From positions 5,817,992-5,881,991 of the forward strand of contig CM119267.1 in the NCBI GenBank assembly GCA_051294375.1: 64,000 bases of DNA, written 5' to 3'. A program made the translations under genes and the position numbers. This document shows positions 36,201-49,072 of this stretch, in pieces. Under the pieces are notes generated by a model that did not search any database, had not been told where the DNA came from, and saw nothing but the letters and a program-made list of their open reading frames with translations. The first letter of the stretch is position 1; every line of letters begins with the position of its first letter. The DNA comes from Paraspadella gotoi. Taxonomy: Eukaryota > Animalia > Chaetognatha.

Positions 36201-37979
36201 TGCATGAGGAGGTGAGTGTGATTAACGTCGTGAATAAAAAAAATATTTCTTAACATTTTGATTTTCCTGAAAATAATCTCGCCCCAGAGAGATTACAAAC
36301 TGGCCTTGCGCTACTTATCTAAATGCGAGGAGATCACTCTGAAAAAAAGAAAGCAAGCGATTCAGGCCCAAGCGACCAGTCAATGGAAATCGGACAATGT
36401 ACAAAAGTTTATTGACAACATTCGATATCAAATGCTGGAAAATACTTTCGCCCGTTGTAGCAGGTGAAACTGGTGAAAGGAGGTTGGAAAAAGGATTCAT
36501 TTATAATAATTATAATTGCAATGAGTTCGGGGCCACTTTTCAATTGCAGAGTAAAATTTAAAAAAATATTCATTAGCAATGAGTGAAGGACCCATTTCAT
36601 CATATCGCTGGTTATTGGAAAACAAATTGTCCTCGGGTAACCAAGCCAGTTAACAGGTGTCACTGAGGGTCAGAAGCCCCCAAAGCCAATAGACATCACA
36701 GGCAACCCTGCTGTTGCCATAACATATTAGTTTTTTCTTTAAAAAATATATATGATCAGTTTTTTATCAGCTCTCTTTGCCTCATTAAAAACCACATTCT
36801 ATCCTTAATCATAATCTACCTTTTTTCTTTTACGCAGGTTAATGGGCTCGATTCACGACGACTCCCGCGATTACAGCAAAGCCGAGCCCTACCTTCAAAG
36901 CTCGTATTTCGTGGCCAGGAGTCTTAGCGACAAGCACGAGAACAGTTATAAAGCGTCACGAGTTCAATATGGAATCGCCAACGCGCACAAACTCTACGAA
37001 GACATGGAAAAACTTTTTGCTCATAGTCTCAGCGACTTTAAGAAAAAACTTATCAACGCCAAGCTCGTGGTAGCTTGGAAACTCGATCGCATCTCGGGCT
37101 TTTGCAGGTTAACTTAAAAACATAACGGACAAAATTTATTTCATTCGCCAAATTAAGTGAAGCTGTTTTTTATTGTTTTTTATTATCTTTTAGCCCCGCT
37201 GATAACGAATCAGATTTTGACAACTGGGTAGAGGAATATGAGGCGTTGGAGGTAGAGGGAGGCTTTGAATCTCTCAAGCCAACAGAAAAGCCCGCCGCAG
37301 GCCCAGGAAAATCCACGAAGCCAAAGGAGGCTCCGGCCGAAGAGGGAGAAGAGGCTGAGGGCACGCCAGACGGGCAGACAACCATTGTAAGCGTCGAATC
37401 GGTTGACTCCACCCAGCGATCCCGCATCAGCCAAGCCAAGTTCGTAGCGAGGGAAAAGCAACGCCAATCGCGTGCGTCAGGGCGAAATCTGGAAAATATC
37501 AAAGGGGTCAAGGGCGCAGCTATTCCCGTCCCCGAACGACCGCAGGAGATTAGGTGGTCGGAGTTACAACTAGTGCCCGCTTGGCATCGCGAGCTCGACA
37601 TTAACTTTCTTCCAGAGTACGGGCTGATTGGGAGCTGCATTGAGGTGAGCGTGTTGGATTTTATAATTATTAGAGTTAAAAATACAAATAAATAAGACAC
37701 TCCTCAACCGATTGTCTCTCCTTAATTTATTCTATTTTTCTTTTCTATTATTAGGCTGGCTTCAGTCCGTTCGCAGTTCCCGAGGAGGAGGAAGAGGAAG
37801 AGCTAGAAACGTCGATAGAGGTCACTTTCGAGGAAGAAGACGAAGAGGGAGATGGAGAAGGAGAGGAAGAAGGAGGAGTAGAGGGCGAGGGAGAAGAAAG
37901 AGAACTGAAATCGGACCAGGAGATGGAAGATACGGTTCCCATCGTTATCGACGTGGAAGACGAAAATAAAAAGGAGTAA
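30233..37979 (+). CDS. TTC29: Tetratricopeptide repeat protein 29-like (ciliary/flagellar), ~11 exons, acidic C-terminus
   Basis: Motifs CADLLFE|GFHNSFAEIF, FWLAHYFF, KKYAEC, EKDACVQLSRIY, ASFKLGLA and RVQYGIANAH...LVVAWK. It is the only plus-strand gene in the window. Confidence 0.75.
31728..32310. mobile_element. AT-rich foldback/MITE in a TTC29 intron
   Basis: Inverted arms: TTTATAGTAATATCCTTATAAA (31850-31871) pairs perfectly with 32153-32174; AACAGTATTATTAATT pairs with AATTAATGATACTGTT; ends TAGGGTGGAG / CTCCACTCTA. Confidence 0.6.
32930..33460. mobile_element. Degenerate foldback element hosting a hammerhead-bearing insertion
   Basis: Inverted segments CCAGTCAGCT / AGCTCACTGG, TAAAATTTTAAAA arms, and TCATTAAGT / ACTTAATGA. 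Confidence 0.45.
33229..33271 (-). ncRNA. Minimal type I hammerhead ribozyme (Penelope-like-element type)
   Basis: Minus strand AACG-CTGATGA-A-GACTTG-TAAAA-CAAGTC-GAAA-CATG-TC|TGTT: intact core, perfect 6-bp helix II, palindromic ACATGT helix III and a GUC site, with AATAAA just downstream. Confidence 0.85.
34005..34808. mobile_element. Probable non-autonomous interspersed element (HINE-like) with internal repeats
   Basis: End motif AAAC(G/A)AGTTTGA(G/A)CAAACAATGTCGGATCTGCC is shared with ~19675 and ~52060. It contains a tandem array and an ~80-bp duplication (~34311 vs ~34494). Confidence 0.45.
34068..34220. repeat. 18-bp minisatellite TTGGTCAACTGGCATAAT, ~8.5 copies
   Basis: Visible tandem array; it generates the spurious LVNWHN and TKLCQL ORFs. 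Confidence 0.95.
35350..35392 (-). ncRNA. Minimal hammerhead ribozyme, core intact
   Basis: AACG-CTGATGA-A-GGCCTG-TAAAC-CAAGCT-GAAA-CATG-TC|CGTT; one mismatch in helix II. Confidence 0.75.
35544..35586 (+). ncRNA. Minimal hammerhead ribozyme, probably inactive (GAAA changed to AAAA)
   Basis: AACG-CTGATGA-A-GGCTTG-TAAAC-CAAGCC-AAAA-CATG-TC|CGTT; the G12 position (35573) is A. Confidence 0.7.
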
Positions 37980-38244
37980 ACGGTATCAATTTTTAGAGCA
38001 CCTAGAGCGTATTCCGCAAGTTTTCCGTAGAGGTTAGAACGTAACCCAAGTTGTACAAGAAAAAACATAATTCGTTGTAAAAATAAGTTATTGTAATTTA
38101 GAAATAATAAAAACGGATATGGTAATAAAACAAAAGCAATACTGGACACGAGGGTTTTCTTGTAGTATTGTATCGAGTGTAGAAAATCAGGGGGGAAATT
38201 GTAGGTTGATAAAAATTATAAAAAAAAAAAGAAAAAAAAAGTTA

Positions 38245-41200
38245 TTATGAGAGTTTTACGTCTGAGAACATCTTCCGCGCCATTGGAGTGTGAAGGGAAG
38301 ATATGCAACTAAGTTGCACGAAACCTAAATTAAAGCGAGAAAGAATAAGTAATCATAAGATTTTAAAGAAACTTTTCTTGGGAGGAGCAAAGCTCAATGA
38401 CCTGAGAGAAGGCCGGTGAGGAGCCAACAGTGGGAACCGAGATTGGGATTCCAAGCGACGCGATTGACCGACTTGACCGGCAACGAATCCGGCCGAGTCG
38501 CCGACATCGTATTGGGAAATTTGAGACGGTCCGAGTCTCGACCTGAAATGAAGTCGAATCACGATTTTATTACGAGTTAATTCGTTAATTATATTAATAA
38601 CTTGGAATCTTATGAAATTGGTACAACTAATATAAAAATTAATAAAAAAATTTATTTTTTATTTTATTTATGTAATTAAAATTTAATATTGTTTAAAAAA
38701 TGTTTCGCAACTCGTCGGATCTGACCGGTAAGAATGTTGACGGGGTCGTAGAGATGAAAGACCATCCTGTATCGCTTGATGTATTCAGAAAAGGACTTGG
38801 GCAGAGGAGCTTCGTCGTCGTCGGTCGTATCTCCATTGAGATGGACTCCGAGCGTTGAGACGGCCCCGGCGCGGGCGGTGCCACGTCCTCGGCCACGCGA
38901 ACGGCCAGATTTGGACTTGGCGCCCCGCAATCGTTTGTCCGATGGGGGAGGGTGAGAGGGTGAGGAGAGGGGTTCAGTCTTGATGGGCGTCGGGTCGTTT
39001 GCCTGAAAGAAAGGCTGATAGGAATACAACTAGTGACAACTACATAATATGTCAATCAATATGTAGTACATATTGATTGACAGGACTCGGCTTACGGCGC
39101 TGCTTGTAATCGCTTTCCTCGCCTCCTTGTGAATCTCCTCTAATTCGATCCGATAAACGCAGAACCGTCTCTTGGAAAATGGTTTGTGATTGGTTAGACT
39201 GGTAATCATTTGAGGAAGGACGGCGCCAACGACTTCGCCGGAAGAGTCGGCCGAGACGACGGTGTTGAGCCAGGAAGAGGCGGCCAGGCTCCAGATGGCC
39301 CCATTGTGGGGAGTGAGAAGGCGCGGCTGATGGCCCCAGTAGCCGCATTCAAGAAAGTAGGCGGCGTTGTGCTCCATGTTGAAGCAGTCGTCCTGGGGGT
39401 TGGTGATACAAATCGGGTCGTTTATGTTGTCTACTTTTTAGTGTTGGACATAAACTAAATTAATTAATTACTTAAGACTAAATGCGATTAATTAGTTAAT
39501 AGAATGGTGAAATTGACTTTAGTAATAACCTGAGCAACGAGAATTCCATTCCAATAAAATAGCCACTGTGCGTCAGTCATGAGACCGCGTCGAATCTCGT
39601 TGAGTGGCACGTCGACGCTGTTGACGTTCCACAGTCGGCACAAGCGATCGGAGGAAACGGTGGCTAAAATGTCACCGGCGCTCGGACCAATCCTGACGGA
39701 CTGAACCTGTTCCAAATGGGCGAGGAAGCATTGACGAGGAAATATCGTTGGACCTGGAAGCGTGACGGAAGAGTTAATTTAGCAATTTGAGTTTCTTCGT
39801 CATTGAAAGAAAGAGCAAACCTTGCTGTCCGTCGAGAATGAGCAGAGGCGACGTCGTAGTCAAATCCCAAACGGCGACAGCGCCGCGGGCGAATCCCCCA
39901 ACGAGTCTACGGTGAGCGTCGAGGGGCGACCAATCGAGGCAAAGACACTGGCCCAACACCCCCGCCGCCTTTGCATCTGTCGATGGGGACAACGTCACCA
40001 CTTCCGTCACCTTGAAAATGTAAAAGAAAAATTACGTTAAGATTGTCAAATTAAAAGAAAATACACTATACACGGAAATAGAAACATTTCCTAATGATAT
40101 CTGGCCTTGCAAATGGAGATAAAATCGTCTTTGCCGATGTCCATCTGAATCATTCGGTGGACGGCGCTGGGATGAGGGATGGAGAAGATTCTGATGGTGC
40201 CGTCAGAGCAGGCGCACGCGAGGAGACCGAGACGAGGTAAAACATCGTCGCCCTGAGAGAATAAAATTTTGAACGTTGAAATTTGATGATTTCTATTAGT
40301 AAATTCGTGTGAAAGACTTACGCTGCTATCGTCGAGGGAACCATCGAGATGTTGATATGCTCCCGACGGGCACCACTTCATTTCCCAGACGGCCCCGTAA
40401 TCGTGGGCGATTGCGAGGCTCAGAGAGACAATGGGTTGAACGATGTAGGTCTTGAAAAAGAGTAAAAAATAAAGCTAGCTTCAATTTAAAGAAAAATAAT
40501 TTATTTTTTCAACCTTTTGCGAATGGACTCATTCCGTTCTCTCACCTCCACCCTCGACTTTCGGTGGCTCGTCATCGGCGGAGGAACGTCGAGGTTGAGG
40601 CAACCGTATATCTGCACGATGCCCGGTTCAACGTAAACTTTGGAGACGAAGTGGGTCACGTCAACGTGCGACGTTCCCGCCACGGCGAAATATTGAGTCG
40701 AGGGCCAATCCTCCAGCGGAACAGGGGCCCAATCGGCGGCACAGACGGGGCCGCCGGTGTAGGCGAGGGCGCCTTGGTCGTAAGCGACGCTCTCGAAGAG
40801 ATTAAGGGATTGCGGCGGAGTCCGATCGCCGTTTTTCACGTCGCTCAATACGAACTGCATGGAGACTGGAAAGGCCGGCATGTAGCGGTCGTAATCGTCC
40901 TCGGAAAGCAACTTCCAATGAGCCTTTTGTGGGAGCCAATCGGGAAAAAGTTCGGATTCGCTGAGGTTATTGCGGTGATACTCGAGGGTCCAGGCGAGGG
41001 CTTCGGGTAAAGGCTCGACGGATCCTCGAGCGGGGGGCCCAACATACGGGGATTTTCCGCTAAGATCCGAGTGAAAAGGGTGCGAGGACCGAGTTGTTGG
41101 AGTGGATTGAGCGGCCGTCGGCGTCGCCTCCCGGACAATGCCTTCGGGATCGACGTTGGGCTTGACGTCGAACCCTTCGTCCGGAGATTCGCCAAACATG

Positions 41201-43093
41201 TCCGAATGGTGACGCTTAACGTGATACCTTACGCCCGGCTCCGTTCCGTAGAGGCGCCCGCAAACGAGGCAGGCGTACTGCGGCTTAGAGAACGGGCCAT
41301 AAGGGCAATTGAAATAATGTTGACGAGCCCCGAGCAAGGAGATGTAAGTCTCTGCGCAACCGGCGTGTGGACAGACGAGCGTGCGACGTCGGTGGGATTC
41401 TTTTTTCCAGTCATCCAGTACTTGCTCGGGAATTTCAGGCAATTCGGGCACGCTGTACAGCGGGCGGACGAGGTCTCCGTGAGGAGCCGCTCTTGCCTCG
41501 CGTCGCCGCTCTTCCTCTTCTTCCTCCCGCGTTGAGATCGATTCTGGGACTGGACGATCCGAGCGAATGCGTTCACGAAAATCAAAGTCGTCTGCGAGAA
41601 GAGCGGGAAACTTATTTTATATATGCAATATAATTTTGTACATATTTTTGCAAAAGCAACAACAAAATATATATTTCACCCACCGTCCAAGGTCTCCACC
41701 TCTTCTTCTCCCGCCGCCCCTTCCCCTCCATCCTCGTACGATTTGAGGATTCGATTGGCGAAGTGGTTGATACACTGACGCGCCTCTTCGGCCGCGCGTC
41801 GCCTGGACCGGCGCCGACCTCCGCCCTCGCTGGCGGGCGTCGATCCGGACGCCGTCGTTTCCTGCGTAACTCGGGGCGAGGCCGGGGGTGATTCCGAGGA
41901 TTCCTGGACGCCCCCCCGGGGAGAAAAAGCGTCTTTATCGGAATCGGAATATGTGGAGGGGCCGTCGACGCTCCAATCAAGTCTCTTCTTCTTCCTCGTT
42001 AAGTCCTCGTCGGTTAACGGAGACGGCGGAGGCGGCGAATGGGCGTCGTCCTCTTCGTCGCCGACGATCTCATCCACCGATGGCGGGGCGAGTCTCTCCG
42101 ACGGCGTCTTGGAGCAATCGGGCGTCGATTTGAGGTGAGAGATGAGTTTATCGTTCGACTCGAATTCGGTTTGACAAGATTCGCAGGAAGGAACGAAGGA
42201 ATCGACCGAACCTTCGCATCGTCGATAATGGAAGCCCACCGCGGCCAGAGTTACAAAAACCTAACAAAATAATAATAATAATAATAATATAATTATGATG
42301 CACCCTCTATTTACAGAAGACAATCCTAACGTCCCCATCCCAAACATATTTTGGTTGTACCAATTTCATAATTAATATTATATTTAGATATTAAATACAA
42401 AAAATATTTTAGAAAATAAATAAAATCATAAATAATAGTTATTTTTAAATCTACAAAAAAAATAAAGAGTGAAACAAGTAATTTTGCAACTTTTATAAAT
42501 AAATAAAATGAACGTTAATTAAATATTGATTGTCAATGTTAATGGTTGAATGTTGAATGCTAAATGTTTAATTAAATTCTTAAATCTTATACCCTCTTGC
42601 ACTCTCTCCAAGGGCAGCGAACGTAGACATTCTTGAGAAGCGTCTCCTTCCAATCTTTGGCCAGAATCGATGGAATCGGTCTGAGCTTCTTCAATCCAAC
42701 ACGACTCTTCCGCGAATCCTCGGAGTCCGCTCGAAGGATCGAGGACGGCGCTCGCCCGTGGAACATCTGGAATCCCTAATGGGTTAAGTTGAAAGACAAT
42801 CGGCGTCCCCAGATTCTCAAAAAAACAAACAAAAAAAAAAGTTGTGTTGGGCTCACCAAGAGATCCCGTTTTTCGGGACACTTGTAGAGAGATCGTCGGG
42901 AATCGCCGAGGGATTTGGCCTTTTTCGACGGCCACACCGACTGGTCGTCGGATCGATAGAGAAGCTCGTTTTCCACGATCGACTCGACTTTGACGTCGTC
43001 GACGTTGACGCCAACGTCTTCATCGTCGTCGTCGTCGATGGCGATTGGCGCTGCGACGCAGTCCAAAGGCAGCACTTTGACATCCTCGTCCAT
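38245..43093 (-). CDS. GTF3C2: TFIIIC WD40 subunit (GTF3C2/TFIIIC110) with N-terminal ZNF512-like zinc fingers, ~12 exons
   Basis: Motifs YTGGPVCAADWAP, LAIAHDYGAVWEMKWCPSG, RLGLLACACSDGTIRIFSIPHP, IWSLAASSWLNTVVSADSSGEV and VNRVAWNPNLGSHCWLLTGLLSGFV. The N-terminus has C2HC/C2H2 fingers. Confidence 0.85.
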
Positions 43094-43232
43094 TGTTAGT
43101 CAAGTGGAAGGGTTTATTTCTTCACCCTTCTAGTCATCTTTTTTTAAAAAATGCTCCGTCAAAGTCAAACTCGAAAATTAAAGGATGAACAAAGAAACTT
43201 AATAAACATCGAGAGACAAGATGATATGACTT

Positions 43233-44165
43233 TTAAATATTAAGATCATCGTCGGGATCTTCCTCGTCCAGATCGTCTTCCTCTTCGGCTTCGTAGATGA
43301 TCCTCCCACGACCCGAGCGATTTTTGTCGAAAGGGAGAACCACCCTTTCCCGAGCCGACTTTTCCTCCTCCGAAAGGGTGAGGTTGAAGGTCAAGTTGGA
43401 CGTCGGGTCGGTCGCCGCGTCCGTTCCGTCGGTCTCAAGTCGGATCTCGGTCCTCGGTCGCGACTTGTTTAGCGCCTCAGCGTCGACGACTCGAACGACG
43501 CGCGCCGGCGCCGTCGAAGAAAACCGGGCGAGTTCTTGGGAGCGAATCACTTTGCCGCTGGACTTTTTGTGAAAAAGGCGAAGTTGGCAAGAGAAGGAGG
43601 AGCGAGCATCGGCGGGGACGGGTAAGAGTGTCACGGTCGTGCGAGCGAAGTAATCGAGGGCTGGGAGGAGGGAAGGGGGAAAACAGTCGAGGTGGAGGAG
43701 ACCGAGAAGAAGGGAGGAAGGGCGAAGGCGGAGGAGAGAATTGAGAAGAGAGAAAATGGAGCGGGAAGGATAAAGGAGGAAGAGTGCGTCGAGGTCGGGC
43801 AGGAGAAAAACGACGGGGGTCGATGGATCGGGGAAGAGGGAATGAGAGAGGAGTTGGGAGAGTACCGCGTCAGCCAAAGAAGATGCGTCAGAACGAATAT
43901 CTGAGAAAAAGGGAATTAAGCGATTAGATGATAAGATGAAGGGATTCGTGAAAATTTATAACAACAAACCGAGTGAATCGTCGGCGCAATCAATTACTAC
44001 GCTTTCTGCATTTCGATTCGATCCGCATGCGATATCGATAACTTGAAACCTCTGCGACAAATGATGACGCCAACATTGAAACAAATTCCTCCCAGGGTTT
44101 TCGTAAGTGTCTTTTATTATCACAGATGGCGAAATTTCTTTTCCGTTAAGCAAAGATTCCAACAT
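43233..44165 (-). CDS. ELP5: Elongator complex protein 5; 2 exons
   Basis: N-terminal IIKDT..PGR, LGLLHLD, HKKSSGKV, and C-terminal DPTSNLTFNLTLSEEEKSARERVVLPF...GRIIYE..DDLDEEDPDDDLNI. Confidence 0.9.
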
Positions 44166-44466
44166 TTTTGCCAAAGAAACAAAAAATTTCTGATATTCAA
44201 AATTGTAAAAAAAAATAATAAGCTTTAAAACGAATAACGAAATAAAAAGAGAACATACTTGGCAACTGATTCGACTAATGCCGTAGCGAATTTATATAAA
44301 GACAATATCACATTAAAAATATAACATCACAGAGAAAATTGCGTATCATTTCATTACGATAAAATTCTCCATTAAAAGAAAGTCACTTTTAAATTAGCAA
44401 AGAAGATGGTAATATTAAAAATAACCCTCGAAACAGAATCCAATCTCACATAATCGTTTCTTCACT

Positions 44467-46611
44467 TCAGGCGCGGCCTAGGAGCATGACGTCGATGATC
44501 TCGTCCACGGCCAGTATCTTCTCCGTCCGCCCCTCCGAGGACGGGAGAATGGCGAGGGCGTTGGCGGCGCTCATAGACAGAATCCTCGACGAGATCTGAT
44601 TTCCGGTCGAAACAACTAAAGGAAGATCCTGTCCCGCTTCCCACGAGAGCAAGCAGCGGTGAAACTCGGGCCTTGGGTCCAGCTTAACGGGCGCCGCAAG
44701 TCGAGCGCGGAGGATGCTGGTGCGCGGAACTCGCCACCCGGCCGCCAGACGACAAGCGGGCAAAACAAATAAATTGGCGGTGACGGCGGCCGAGACTGGG
44801 TTGCCGGGGAGACCGAAGAAGAGCTTTTTCTGACCCTCGAAGTTCCAAGTGGCGAATGTCGTCGGTTTTCCCGGTTTCATGTAAACGCGTCCAAAATGGA
44901 GCTTCGCGTCGAGGTCAGTCTCAAGGACTCGCTTTAAGTAATCCCGTTCCCCCATGGACACGCCTCCCGTGGAGACGATGACATCGCAGGAATTCGCGGC
45001 GCCCAACAGCGCAGATAAGAGATCGTCTGGAGAATCCAAAGCGACGCCCAGGTCGACCGTCGGAATTCCTTTATCTTTAAATAAATTAAGGAGGGTGGTG
45101 CGATTGGCATCGCGAATCTTTCCCTCCGGAAGCGGCTTCACGTCCGGTTCGACCAACTCGTCGCCGGTCGAGAGAACGCCCACCACGGGCAGGCGATACG
45201 TCTGAACTCGAGTCACGCCCACCGTGGCAAGGAGACCAAGTTCGCAGGGCGTTAAAGTTGAGCCGGCCTGAAGCACCGTCTGACCCGCGGCGATGTCGCT
45301 GCCTTTAGCTCTAATGTCCTGACTCTTTTTCACCGGTTTCAAAAACACTACCTCCAGCTCTTCCTTTCCGCATTCGTCCGCCGCCGCCAATTTCGTGTCC
45401 TCGACCTGGACGACCGCATCGGCGCCGGCCGGAACCGGGGCGCCTGTATTTATACGGGCGCAATATCCCGCTCGGACGGTAACGGCGTCCGGAGCGTCTC
45501 CGGCGTTGGAATCTCCGGCAACTGTTAGGCGACCCGGGCATTCGGACGCGATAACAGCATACCCGTCCTTGATGCTGGCTTCGAAGGGCGGAAGAGGATC
45601 GAGGGCCGTCACAGACTCGGCCAACACCCGGTTTAGTGCCGCGCTGGACTAAAAAAATATTTTTGTTTTAACTTCTTTAATTAGTGTTCACACTGTTCAA
45701 ACTGTTTATGTAGTTATTATCTATGTATTTGAATAAATTAATAATTAATTATTTCTAACCTCAACCTCCTCAATCTGCTTCAAAGCCTCCGACTCAGTCA
45801 ACACGACGTTGAGGGCCGTTTCTACAGAGAAGAGTTCGTAAGGACTCTCGCGCGCTCGAAGCGCGGCTTTAGCAACCTCCACCTTGCTCTTCGCCGATGG
45901 AACTCGCGGCGGCTGCTGTTTTGATGGTCGCCCCAGGTGCTCGCCGTTTTGTTGCAGCCGCGTGTGAGTGTTTTTGATCGATTCCCGGTTTCCCTGCAGC
46001 AGATCGATCACGTGCGGAATCGCCATGAGTATGAAGTCAAGACATTCGGCGGAGGCTTTTTTGCTCCCGGGCAGGTTGACGATGAGTGTGCCTCCGCGGG
46101 ACCCGCAGACGGGACGAGAAAGCATCGCCAATGGGGTAAGTTCAATGGAGCCTTCAGAGAGAAAAATAAGAAGATACTTTTACAGGCCGAATTCTGCACA
46201 AAATATCCAGCTCAACTCAGTGGTTACTAGTTAAGGAATATTTTTATTACGGGAAGCCTCACCTTTGATCATTGCAATTGTCATCCCGACAGCCTCCTTT
46301 TCGATCACCTTCCTCGTGGCTTCCGGGGTGACGTCCCTCGGTGACATCCCCGTCCCGCCGCTGGTTAGGACGAGATCGAGCGCCAACTCGTCGCACCACG
46401 AGACCAGTTTGGACTCGATCGCATCGACCTCATCGGGCACTATCGCTTGCGCCACCACGCGGGCGCGAGGAAGAATCTTTCTATCCTCGATGAGCGAGTG
46501 AAGATTGGCGCCGCTCCGGTCGGTCCCGTCGTGGTAGAAACAAGTGTCGGATACGGTGAGGATGCCGACGCGGATCGACGCCTGAGACTCGAGTTCGAAC
46601 CGTGACGCCAT
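44467..46611 (-). CDS. GPHN: Gephyrin (MogA G-domain plus MoeA E-domain); 3 exons
   Basis: G-domain [21 protein letters not shown] and NLPGSKKA; E-domain [34 protein letters not shown] and GLPGNPVSA. Confidence 0.95.
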
Positions 46612-46899
46612 ATCTTAGTTGGTAGGGAGGATGGAAGCCTAAGGAATTTCTATGACCTATATCTAGGACTAGGGAGGAAAAATAAATTCGAACAAGAAAT
46701 TCGAGCGTCAAAGTACTATAAAATAATTGGTTATCTCGAAACTCAATCAATATAGCATCTTTCGAAAACTAGAACGATAAAACAAAGTAACATAAACCAA
46801 AGAACTGAACGAATAAAAATGACTATGCATGACAATCAGGAAAAAATGAAAAACTCCGCCTCGTTGAAAAAAAAATTTTCATAGCAATTTCGCTTTTTC

Positions 46900-48183
46900 C
46901 TAATGCGCACGAGTCTCCAAGGCACGAGCCTCCAACGCTAGAGCCTCCGACTCTAGCAAGGACTCCAAATCGTGACGCCTGGCTTCGTCGAAATACGAGC
47001 TCGCTTCTTGTTGTCTCTCTGCCTCGCTAAAAGACTGGGATTGACAATTCTCCACTGTTGGATACGAACTTTTATTGGACGTCCAATCATGGACGCTCCT
47101 TACACCAACTTCGCCACGCTGCTGCTCATTTCCCTGACATCCGCATTCTCTATCACATCCCTCCATGCTCTCTACGACGCGATCTTCCAACTCTTTCTTA
47201 TTCTCTTTGAATTCTTTCTCATCCCCGCCTCCGAATTCCGACTCTTTGACCCATTTCTTGGTTCGCTCAGCCGCGTTTACGCGAGTCTTGGCTTTGACGT
47301 GGTCGACGTCTTCGCCCTCGCCGGACACGCCCTCGACGGCGTCGTCATCGGGGCCGAGGAGGAAAGCGTCCCGAGGTTGCCCGAGGACGAAATGAGCCGA
47401 GCGCCCACGCAAAGTCATCTCGGAATTTTGAGTGACCGGGAGGATGACGTACTGGCGGTCGGGGAGGCGAATGGCCTGCGCATCCTTTGTATTACCGAGA
47501 AACGAAGTGTTAAAATGTTAATAACCATTTCAAAACATTGATTGGATAAACCTTATAAGTGATGTAAGCAAATCGACTGTGACCCAGGTGACTGGTGACG
47601 GAGAGGATTTCTTCTTTGATGGAATGGATGGCATCGTCAATTTTCCGTTCATCATTTCGCAATTGGCGAATTTGATCGAACTCTATTTTTAAACAAACAT
47701 TTGAATACTAAGGTAAACCCGATTCGTCTTTACTAGCCTTTAAAAAAAAAGTAGCTCACGCGTCGCCAAGTCGGACGCCACACCCGGATCGCCGGTCCAA
47801 CGGACACACCCCCTGGGACGACGCTCGACAAGCCTCACCGCCTCCATCACGTGAAGAACGTCGTAGAGACGACGTTTCTGAGCGCCCAGTTCATCGGCGA
47901 GGCGTTGCAGCGAAACTTCGCCTTCGGCGGTCGACCTTAAAACTTCCGAGAGGCGTCGCGCAAGACGCGGAAGAGAATTCTCGGCGCGACGGTAGACGCG
48001 ATCAGTCGGGCGAAAGTCTGGCGGCGGGACGGATTCAATCTTGATCGTGGCTGGCGGGTCCCAGGTAGGTTTCGTCTCAGGAAAGATTTCAGTCTCAGTC
48101 TCAGGTATCACCGTCACATTGTGAGATTGCGATACAAAATCAATTTCTGGTAGAAAGGCCGATTCATTTTTCGCGTCACCCAT
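46900..48183 (-). CDS. Divergent E2F-family transcription factor; 3 exons
   Basis: Winged helix RAENSLPRL...LGAQKRRLYDVLHVMEAVRLVER...VRWTG. The middle exon (~47560-47685) gives a coiled coil (LRNDERKIDDAI..) and AYIT, followed by a marked-box-like segment. Confidence 0.75.
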
Positions 48184-48422
48184 TGAGAGTTTTTTGATGA
48201 TGTATTTAATACAGGATTTGTGCCTAATAGTATTAAAATACATTGAAAAACGACTCGTAATCAATTAATCATACAAGTATTGTTAGATTTAGAGACGGAG
48301 AAGAAAATGAAAAGCAATTTAGCTAAAAAACTGATTCAATTATTGTCACAACCAAAGCAAAAAGTTTCGATATAAAAAGGTTCGATATAATAAATACATA
48401 TTACAAGATTAGCAAATTAATA

Positions 48423-49072
48423 TTACGAACCCCCTTCCTGCTCTTGGCCCATGGCTTCGAGTAGCATTCCCATGGGGGTCCGCACGACGCCGAAATGCTC
48501 CAATTTATTGGTGATCTTGGATTTCGTGTTTCGGAGCCTCGTCGAGGCGTGGATGAAAACGAGCGTAAGGGGAAGAGCGATGCCAAAGACAAAGACGAGA
48601 ATGGACCCGAATAAATAAATTAGAAAGTAAGCTGCCGAGATGACGATGACCACACTGGAAATGGAAAGCCAATTTGGATTTTTAATCGTAATAGCGTGCA
48701 ACTTTGTTTTGATTCAACGGTGAATTTATGAATAAATATAAAGACTAAAGACGTTCCGTGCATTCACCTGGCGACCGGATGATGCCGCTTGAAGTGACGC
48801 AGCTCGGCGCGATTATCGGAGCAGTAGACGAAGAGGAAGAAGGCGGCGGCGACGGCGACGAGGCCGAGAAGCAACTGACCCGGGTAAGCGAGTCCCACCA
48901 AGAGGAAAACGATGAGGGAGGAGAGGAAGTAGTTGGATTGGTAGTAGAGCAAATTGTTCATCACGCGGTTGGCCCACCGCTCCGTGTCCCCGAAATCTGG
49001 GGCTTGGAACCGCGCCGTGCCCAACAGGAAGTCGTCCAACGGACGGAACGGAGCCATTCTTAATTCCGTCAT
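48423..49072 (-). CDS. PRA1-family protein (PRAF2/ARL6IP5-like); 2 exons
   Basis: APFRPLDDFL..ARFQAP..WANRVMNNLLYYQSNY and FIHASTRLRN.K.K....E..G..RTPMG.LL. Confidence 0.9.

Noticed and set aside
44467-46611. Bacterial mogA/moeA genes or HGT
   Set aside because: The G-then-E domain fusion with spliceosomal introns is standard animal gephyrin.
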